Part shown: piece after piece, positions 55,331-64,000 of the stretch
Layout of the letters: the number at the start of each line of letters is the position of its first letter
How positions within the stretch are numbered: the first letter of the stretch is position 1
Origin: Octopus vulgaris
Taxonomy: Eukaryota
Assembly: GCA_951406725.2 (NCBI GenBank)
Contig: OX597827.1
Coordinates: 4,588,001 to 4,652,000 of the forward strand
DNA length: 64,000 nt
Direction of reading: 5' to 3'
The notes under the pieces: generated by a model
Told to the model about the DNA's origin: nothing
The model's input: the letters and a program-made list of their open reading frames with translations, nothing else
The model's database searches: none
Program-made: the position numbers and the translations under genes

Positions 55331-57582
55331 TGATAATCTTGAGCTCCTGAATCAAAACTAAAGATGCTTTTGAAAATTGCTTAAAGAAAAAACCAGCATA
55401 ACCAAAGCTTTACAAATACAACTTTTCATACAACAATGATGAAATCATCAATTTAAAAACGATGGCAAGGCTGCATCAAGTTATCACTATTACAATTGCA
55501 ACAGGTAGTTCTAAAGGACCAAAATGAACAGGAATAATACCTGCTTATTTGGACAATTATAGTATGTTGCATTTCTGTTGTATTTTGTGTTAATCACTAC
55601 GTTTTTGTTTACTTGTGGATTACTATGTCTCTAAAATTTCTTCTAAATGCTCTTTAAACGTATAGGAATCGGAGTGTTGTGCATTCTGTAATTCTTATAT
55701 TGTTATGTTAATTACTATCAGTAGAAAAGTGAGATTATTGCATACAGTGCTTGTGTGTTCTGGATTATAGCAGAACAGCTTGCTACTTAATTACAAAAAG
55801 CAGATAAAACAACTTCATTAGTTGAGAAATTCTGAAATGCGTAATTATGTCTATTTTTGGATATTAACTCCTTTCCTTTAGCTTCAACACATTTCATAAC
55901 AATTTTGAATAATTCTCTGTAGGATTTCATTTAACTGCAGTTAATCCTCATATAAACCTGACATGTATAGAATTTAGATAATATTAACTCTCTAAATAGT
56001 AATTTTATAATTTGAATTTCTGCTGGGAGGAAAAAAAAGGAGAGAATCCTGGAAATCATATTCTTTGCACAACTCACATTGCTCATTCCAATAACCATTT
56101 GGCTTGATTCTATATTTTCTATTCAGCTACCACATTGCATCATAATTCCCTACTTTCACCTTAATTATGTAAGGCATTAGTAAATATAGAATCAGTTATC
56201 ATGATAAGTTTTGACATCTGCTCATATGCACTATTGTGCAGCATCAATATAGTGATTCACTTAGCAGTAATGTGGTATGTGCCGAGAAGCTTATGCTTTT
56301 CAGTTCTACCATTTTGATACATAGTGCTACATACATATTTGGGATGAAGAGAGAAAATATACTAAGGGATTAGATATTGTGATTAAATATTTGTCAACGG
56401 ATGTTGAACTTAAATTATGTTGAATTTAAATTCTGATATATGATAATGAATGTATCACATGCATAGTAAATTATGCATAATTTACCCTTTATTTTTCACA
56501 CTCAGTTATTCTACCAGCCTCTCATGTTGATATCATTTCAAAAATTAGTATCTTAAGTTGAAAAAAATCAAACTATTTAAGCTTTAGCAGTATATATATA
56601 TATTCAATATTTGTGTAATATTTATGTACAAAATAACAAGAAATAGTTGTAATAAATGTATTGATAGAAGTAAATATAATTCCAGCATATCGGTGGTATG
56701 ATATTGATGATTTTAAATTCCAAGAGTAAGTGTACAGATGGACTTAGAGAGAATTGCATTAAGCAGCTGAAAATCTAGGTGAGCTAATTATTACAGTTGG
56801 TTGCAGCCATACAATTACTGCTGATATGCTGTCAAAACATGACTGATGGTTTCTTTCCAGAGTTTGTACTATATTAGATTTTGGACAAGTAGCTTAACCT
56901 TATATCTGACATCTTATGGAACAGATTCATTACAAATGTTATACCTGGTAAAATGAAATATATATCAGTCATATTCACCTAAATTTAACACTCCTTGTTC
57001 TGTTGATATATTATTTCGTAGCCTAATTAGTATTATTAATATGATAATAAAGGAGAGTAAGCTGAAAATTATGCTTATTTATGTAAAAGGTGTCTGTATT
57101 TAGAAACTGAAAAGTATATTCCCATATCCCCTGAGCACACTCTCATATCAGTTATCAATGCTCTCCTTTTTCTCACTATATCTATCCCACTAGTCACTGA
57201 TACTGTGATTCTTCTCGCTCAACTACACATCCAATCATCTCCCTGTTTCTCATATCTGTGTTTTCTTATATACATCATCATATGTTACCACCTCTTCTCC
57301 TGACCCACGCCTATTTTCCTTTACCCTGTTTCAAACAATGATTTGCGACTGACCTCAACTCCACCCATGTTTATCATTCACTGCTTTCACCTAACCTTAT
57401 TTCTAATTATCTGTTACTTATATATATGCATATATAACTATATATATATATATGTATATCTATATATCTTATTTATATATATATATGTATATCTATATAT
57501 CTTATTTATATATATATATATAAAACTCTCTCACTCTCTATATATATGACTATATATCAATATATATAACTATATATATATA

Positions 57583-57778
57583 GGTCCCGGGTTGAGTCGG
57601 GGTTAACCACAGTAAATAAGGTACTCAATACATAGCAGAGTAAATTAATTTATTTTATAGAAGGAGCTTCTACAGGACTAGAACTGTTTCATTCAAAAGA
57701 AATCATCAGGAGCTTCCTGATGATTTCTTTTGAATGAAACAGTTCTAGTCCTGTAGAAGCTCCTTCTATAAAATAAAT
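57583..57778 (-). mobile_element. Penelope-like element terminal fragment with inverted duplication, inserted in (TA)n
   Basis: Flanked by TA tracts. Perfect palindrome 57648-57711 / 57715-57778. Minus strand reads hammerhead core, AATAAA, tail. PLE assignment is inferred from architecture. Confidence 0.6.
57708..57764 (+). ncRNA. Type I hammerhead ribozyme-like motif (mirror copy on the minus strand)
   Basis: AGGAGCTTC-CTGATGA-tttcttttgaat-GAAA-CAGttctagtcCTG-TA-GAAGCTCCT. Perfect 9-bp stem I, intact CUGAUGA and GAAA cores, stem III ACAG/CUGU, GUA cleavage triplet (cut after 57755). Stem II is weak (UUC/GAA with a U-U closing pair). Confidence 0.75.
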
Positions 57779-57795
57779 ATATAACTATATATATA

Positions 57796-57855
<60 letters not shown>

Positions 57856-58543
57856 GACTATATATATATGACTATATATCTCCTGCAGCTGACTTACCAG
57901 AAATACAGCATCAGTGGTGCTTTTCCCTGGCACGAACCCAAACTGCATCTCATCTAAACTGACTCTCCGTAATTAGCTGGGCTATGACCCTTTCCGTGAC
58001 CTTCATTACCTGATCCAACAACTTGATACCTCTATAATTATTTGTGAAAGAATAGGTATGAGTGCGGGCATAAAACTGCTTTATGTTGTAGGGATCAGTG
58101 TAACAATTGTGAAGGAAATCTTTCATCAATGTTTAAATTCTCAAATGTAATAAATAATAAATAATAATTTGATAAGCAGTACTTTAATAAGAGAAATTTA
58201 AGCATTTTAACAGTGATACATAATGTTTGGTGCACAGTGCACACCTATAAGATAATTAAACAAAGGGGGAAAGCACTAAAGCATTATCAAATTTTTTCAA
58301 TGTGCTACACCTCGCAAAGGAAGTACCCTAAAAGTATGCTAATTTTTACAAACTGTACATTGGATGCGAAGCTGAGCGCAATTGGATAAAAGCTTCAGGT
58401 GCTATGTCGAAAAGGACATTTTTTGAGTTGGTTCTTCTTATCTTGTGCTCAAGCGAAATGGAGTTTCAAAAAACTAATGATGCTATGAAACTCCTTAGAT
58501 AAAAATGCATAAGTATGTTGATTTTGATCAAAATTGGACAACT

Positions 58544-58936
58544 GTGGCTGTGTGGTAAGTAGCTTGCTAACCAACCACATGGCTCCGGGTTCAGTCCCAC
58601 TGCGTGGCATCTTGGGCAAGTGTCTTCTGCTATAGCCCCGGGCCGACCAATGCCTTGTGAGTGGATTTGGTAGACGGAAACTGAAAGAAGCCTGTCGTAT
58701 ATATGTATATATATATATGTGTGTGTGTTTGTGTGTTTGTCCCCCTAGCATTGCTTGACAACCGATGCTGGTGTGTTTACGTCCCCGTCACTTAGCGGTT
58801 CGGCAAAAGAGACCGATAGAATAAGTACTGGGCTTACAAAGAATAAGTCCCGGGGTCGATTTGCTCGACTAAAGGCGGTGCTCCAGCATGGCCGCAGTCA
58901 AATGACTGAAACAAATAAAAGAAAGAAAGAAAGAAA
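58544..58936 (+). mobile_element. SINE family A
   Basis: Reverse-complement match to 5372-5811. Partial copies at ~40500-40690(+), 10330-10510(-), 51640-51800(+) and 52415-52576(-). Confidence 0.9.
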
Positions 58937-59239
58937 GATTGATTAATCGATTTTTCAGGGATATCCGATATCAATATGAAAAAATCAATAGCGTCACGAC
59001 CTGTCTCACTCAAAAATGCACCGATATGTAAAGTTTCAAAAAGAAACGTCGGCTAGTTTCGGAGAAGAATCCGGACAAACAGACACACACACAGACACAC
59101 ATACAACCTGTATTTTATAGATAACAATAACTATATAAAAGGTGGCCCAATGCATTCTCATATTAGCATTTTAGATCTTAATTATAAAAATCTATGCAAA
59201 TATTATTCTATGATAATTTGGTTAATTGTAAGATAGAAA

Positions 59240-59470
59240 TTTGCCATATAGGTCTCTCAGGTCCATCAGGAGGATATTTAAGATCTGTGGGCCTCTAAAG
59301 CTCAGGTTGTTGCAATATCTTGTCTTATATCTTGATGGGAAAGTTAGAGTCTTTGTAACTATGCAGTGGCACCCTCTTCTAGCACTAGTGTAACTCTCGA
59401 TGCCAAAGTTTGTGACAAGTCCCTCTAGGATCTTCCAGATGTATATTATGGCATATCTTTCCCACTTTCT
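59240..59470 (-). mobile_element. CR1-type LINE ORF2 C-terminal fragment
   Basis: Reads ERYAIIYIWKILEGLVTNFGIESYTSARRGCHC...SFRGPQILNIL. Confidence 0.7.
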
Positions 59471-59899
59471 TAACCATGGTATAAAGTCACTTCCCTCTGT
59501 ACTACTCCCTTCCTCATAATTGAGGGGATTTGTCTTGTAAATTACTTAATCACCCATGCTGGTACCATGTTAAAAGTACCTGGTACACTCTGAAAAATGG
59601 TTGGTGTTAGGAAGTGCATCCAGCTAGAGAAACCATGCCAAAGTAGGTACCGGAGTTTGGTGCAGTCCTCTGGCTCACCTGCTCCTGTCAAACCATCCAA
59701 ATTATATCAGCATGGAAAACAGTCAGTAAATGATAATGTGTGTGTTGTGTATAGATTAAAGGTAAAAGGCCAGAATATCATACCTTCACTCCCTACTAGG
59801 ACTCATAACATTGCAGCAAGCCTCCTAACCTTAAGAATATTGATGACACCACCTCTATTGCCAACCATAACAAGCTTGCTACCAAGGTCTCCATCCTTG

Positions 59900-60390
59900 A
59901 TTTATGCCACTAGCTTGAACCAAAAATATTACCAGGCAAAATGTGAGTCAGTAAGCCCTCTGAATGATGGCCTTCACAAGTGTAACTGTAAAGCCTCTGG
60001 AACCTACCCATTGAATGAGAACTGCATGAAGAAAAATGTAGTGTATAAGCGTACTGTTAGTACAAATATCACCCTGAGGTACTATATAGTATCCATGGAT
60101 GGGTTCATTAAGATAGGATTTCTGTGCATCTACATTCATTTAACAACAACAAATTTGGCTATCCACTTCTTTAACCAAATACATATCCAAACTGAAATCA
60201 AAGAGAGTGAAATTTAAAATCAGATATGCAATCAATGATTTGGCCTTTCCCTACTGACTATCTGGTTAGTGGTGTACAATTTGCCTACATGAGGCCATCA
60301 CCATCATTACAGCCAATGGCCCATTCCCACTCAATAAGTGCAACAGTTTAGTTATTAATTGTAGACATAGTTTGAAATGCTTATTTAGCA
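59900..60390 (+). mobile_element. Penelope-like retroelement GIY-YIG endonuclease fossil
   Basis: Across frameshifts and stops it reads CNCKASGTYPLNENCMKKNVVYK...YYI...SLTKYISKLK...CTICLHE...LNK...CRH, matching the Cys-rich linker plus GIY-YIG C-terminus pattern of PLEs. Confidence 0.75.
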
Positions 60391-61189
60391 CTTACATATG
60401 GTAACCCCAGGTCCCCAAGGCCCCTCTCTGAAATACCCACCCTTGTTGCATGCTGATCAGTACCATTGTACACTAAAATATTTGCTTGACTGTGTGTTTG
60501 GTTTTGTACATGAGTGTATGACTGTCTCTGTATTGACATGTATGTATGTATGTGTGTGTGCATGTGAGTGTGTGTGCGTGTATATATATATATGTATGTA
60601 TGTATGTGCATATATCACATGTGCCTGTAAATCCTTTGTGGAATGGTCATTTATAACCTTTCCCATACCACTCTTTGCCCACTTATCTAAATATCATGAC
60701 TAACTGCCCAACGGGCTTTCTGTCTGTGCCTGCTATAGATCAGACAACTTGACCTTTTTCTCCATGCTCTTTTCGGTGATTTACTCCATATCATATATCC
60801 CTTTTCTATTTTGTTTGCATTACTGGCGTCAAAACTCTCTCAAGACACAACAGAACCCCATATCATCTATTCCACTATATACACTTGTTGTTACAGATGA
60901 GCCTACACTCCCTCTTTTTCTCACTGCGTGCCTTATATCTCTTAGTTATTTAGACAAGATGGCTGCTTGTTTGCGATCTGTATTTTGATTTCATCTGAAG
61001 ATGTGTTTTCGTGTTTGTTGAAATGCTCTGTAAACTGCATTTATAATTTGCATCATTAGTGTGGCATCATAAATCATTAAATACAGAAACATATGTAACG
61101 GACGAAAGAAAGGAATATCAAGTTCATTCTTCCTGTTTTTCTTTCATCATTGATGTGCTATTTATACTATGTTATAGCCTTATTCAAAC

Positions 61190-61475
61190 TGTCGAATCCC
61201 GGACCGGGCTGCGTGTTGTGTTCTTGAGCAAGACACTTTATTTCACGTTGCTCCAGTTCACTCAGCTGTAGAAATGAGTTGCGACGTCACAGGTGCCAAG
61301 CTGTATCGGCCCCTTTGCCTTTCCCTTGGACAACATCGGTGACATGGAGAGGGGAGGCTGGTATGCATGGGCGACTGCTGGTCTTCCATAAAACAACCTT
61401 GCCCAGACTTGTGCCTCAGAGGGTAACTCACTAGGTGCAAACCCATGATCAGAGTCTGACCGAAGGGGGTCTCTA
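61190..61475 (+). mobile_element. SINE (fourth family), 5'-truncated
   Basis: B-box-like tcgaatccc and CORE-like cttgagcaagacact. The 3' part is repeated at ~29667-29795. Confidence 0.75.
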
Positions 61476-62370
61476 ATAGAACCTTATGGGATCATACGGC
61501 AAAGAGAATTTAACATGGTTACTAATAAGTGCCACAACTAAAATGGTAAATTTGTGGCACACTGAGCACATCCATTTCCATTATATACACACACACACAC
61601 ACACACAGACTTTCACACCTACATACACACATATAAACTTACCTAAATACATACACACACACTGACATTCATATACACAATAAATTACTAGATCTAGATG
61701 CACTTGCTGTGCCGTTATGTTTAACATTTGAGCTATATTATTAGATATTAGATCAACCTAGAAATTACTAATTGTTGCTGGAAACTTTCTCACCAACAAT
61801 GATATAGACTAACATCTCCACACCACATAAAAACAAAGAGCCATGATATCAGTATCTATATTCAGACAGTATTTTAATGTTACGGTCATGTATCTATTAC
61901 TCATTATAGTGTATTCATGATCAATGTCTGCATGCAACAAAGAATTAATGTTCTGATGATTGCAAAAGACCTACTCGGGAAATATTTCACAGGAGATAAT
62001 TACAATAAATGCACTCCCTCATCAACACCAGTGAAATATAACCTTGAAAGAAAATTTCCAGTATCGGGTCATGCATGACTAAATTTACTAAAGACTTTAG
62101 TTTGGTACCAGCATTACCAGAGTAGTCTATCCTGGATCACTGACTGCTAATTAATTATTATTTTGAACGATATGCTTTATGATCCATGGAGAAGTAGCAA
62201 TGAAACAATTCATGCACAAAAGCGATAGAGTTACAGAAAAATTCACCAGATGGTTTTATTTCTTTTTTTTATTTCTTTAAGAAAGAAGGACAGTACTTTG
62301 CTAGTTGCTGATATTAATGTATTTGTATCTAAGCTGGATCTCTATAAGGTGATGCATACATAGAAATTGT

Positions 62371-62371
<1 letters not shown>

Positions 62372-62465
<94 letters not shown>
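62372..62465. repeat. (GA)n microsatellite
   Basis: Direct inspection. Confidence 0.98.
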
Positions 62466-62467
<2 letters not shown>

Positions 62468-62764
62468 AGATAAACAAGTAGGAAGAGAGGGTGCAGTTCT
62501 TCTGTGAAAGGTTGGGTCTATTGTTTAATCTGATGCTTGAGAAATAAAATATAGGAAGAATGACAAAGAAGAAGAAGATTATCAGTTTAGCTTGGGTGAT
62601 AATAGTAAACAGCCTTCTAAACCAGAAGAGTGGTAACCATTGCAGTAATGATAGTAGAAACAGTGAGAATGCATCATATTAGTGGCCTAATGCTTGTAGT
62701 AGTTGTGTATAAAGTGAGTGAAAATTTACCTCAGCTGAATAGCCTGTATGTAGATGTGATTTAA

Positions 62765-62988
62765 CCCTTTAGCATTTAAACCGGCCATATCTGGCCAAAA
62801 GTATTCTACCTGTTTTATGTTCAAATTGGCCAGATCTGGTCTCTCACACCAGCCCTACAATATCATTTAAAAAATTATTAACAGCTAACTCATCAAAATA
62901 TCATAGCTCCAAGATAATGCCTGATTAGTTCAAGGCAATGTGGATAAAAAAGGATTCATTTTGGCAGAATAATGCGAACACTAAAAGG
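62765..62988. mobile_element. piggyBac-type MITE
   Basis: TTAA|ccctttagca ... cactaaaagg|TTAA; reverse-complement homolog of 41840-42060. Confidence 0.78.
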
Positions 62989-63164
62989 TTAAATTGTTTG
63001 TGAGTATAGGAACTGACACATCACATATGTATGAGCAGTATTTTAATGAAGGCCACATTTGTACTATCCAGAAAGATTAGAAACTGCTCAGATCTCTATA
63101 ATTTTCTGACTCTGAAGGGAAAGCCGAGTGAATCAATTGTAGTTTTGGCTATATTATTAATCTG

Positions 63165-63439
63165 TGGTCATGATGAAAAGGCCTGTCATTCATAATAACA
63201 GTGAATGGTACATTATTTACATTTGATGGATATTTGCCCTCATCTTGTTTGTTGTTAACACATTGTTTTGGCTGATATACTCATCTGGTGTCTTGGGGAA
63301 ATTTTGAACCTGGGTTCTCATTCCTAAGGTATTTTTTAATGCTGTTGTTATTATTATTATTCAGGCCACTTCCTGGAATCGAATTTGGAATCTTGGGGTT
63401 AGTAGCCCGCACTCTTAACCACCACGCCATATGCCCGTG
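63165..63439 (-). mobile_element. tRNA-derived SINE (fifth family)
   Basis: Minus-strand head gggcatatggcgtggtggttaagagtgcgggctactaaccccaag...ttcgattccagg with A/B boxes. Confidence 0.7.
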
Positions 63440-63858
63440 GATGGCTTCATTGTGTTTTGTTCACAAGAAGCTGTATTCCTGTGTTTCTTACATATGCATC
63501 TCGGTGCAACTGAATAAGAATAGTTTCCCATGTCCCCGTTAGATGATGTTTTGAAGATCTTTGTTTATGTTAGTCATGCATGTCTGGAAAGTGGGTGTCT
63601 TGGCTGCATATAAATAACACCCGAAGAACAAAGATATTGTAATCAACATTAGATACTTTTTAGTTAGAAATGACCAAGGGAAAGTCATATAGGTATGTGA
63701 CCAAGCTTGCTGGGTCACCAGCTGATAGAAATGTAAGGTTGATAGAGTGAAAAGTAAAAAAGAGAGTGAAAGAGAGAGAGAAAGAGAGAGAGAGTGCTGT
63801 TAACGTATAGTATTATGGAATAATCTGACAAACAATATGTATCTAATTGCACTATATA

Positions 63859-64000
63859 TCCTTATATATAAAAGTGAGGTTGTGTACTGTCTGTCTCCTA
63901 CGATTTAGATTCCTAACTACTCCCACAATTTGCGGTGCAGTTTAACCAAAACCGGGTATCTTATAGTCGTGATTCATATCGAGCCCATCTGGGTATTAGC
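63859..64000 (+). mobile_element. Non-autonomous Helitron 5' part (runs off the window)
   Basis: A|TCCTTATATATAAAAG start; reverse-complement match to ~50255-50395. Confidence 0.8.

Noticed and set aside
63250-63300. Minus-strand caGATGA...gccAAAA within a SINE, hammerhead-like spacing
   Set aside because: Both cores are mutated and stem II is absent in this copy; only a family consensus could rescue the idea.
26000-64000. Additional protocadherin variable exons or pseudo-exons
   Set aside because: No LDRE/DxNDN-coding segments found in the ORF track or by inspection. Heavily decayed relics cannot be excluded without TBLASTN.

Overview
AT-rich, repeat-dense animal genomic DNA. An octopus/coleoid cephalopod origin is inferred from the protocadherin sequence style, the tRNA-derived SINE families and the pervasive (TA)n/(CA)n microsatellites. 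The only credible host gene is a minus-strand protocadherin. One 2,430-bp exon (25931-23502) encodes the signal peptide, six cadherin repeats, the TM helix and the proximal tail. A phase-0, ~20.3-kb intron joins it to a 169-bp cytoplasmic exon (3220-3052) with a DSGHG motif; later exon(s) were not found in the window. A CpG-enriched candidate promoter/non-coding first exon lies at ~33.1-33.6 kb. The rest is transposon debris: SINEs, RTE/CR1 LINE ends, Penelope-like GIY-YIG, MULE, Tc1/mariner, hAT and Ty3/Gypsy fossils, MITEs and non-autonomous Helitrons. The most unusual signal is a set of four short elements in (TA)n tracts that end in long inverted duplications. One (57648-57778) is a perfect 64-bp-arm palindrome with a type I hammerhead ribozyme fold on each strand, and a homologous element (39061-39240) carries a decayed hammerhead. 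Nearly all other ORFs in the track are microsatellite or SINE artefacts. Repeat boundaries were read by eye and are approximate unless a TSD or TIR is quoted.
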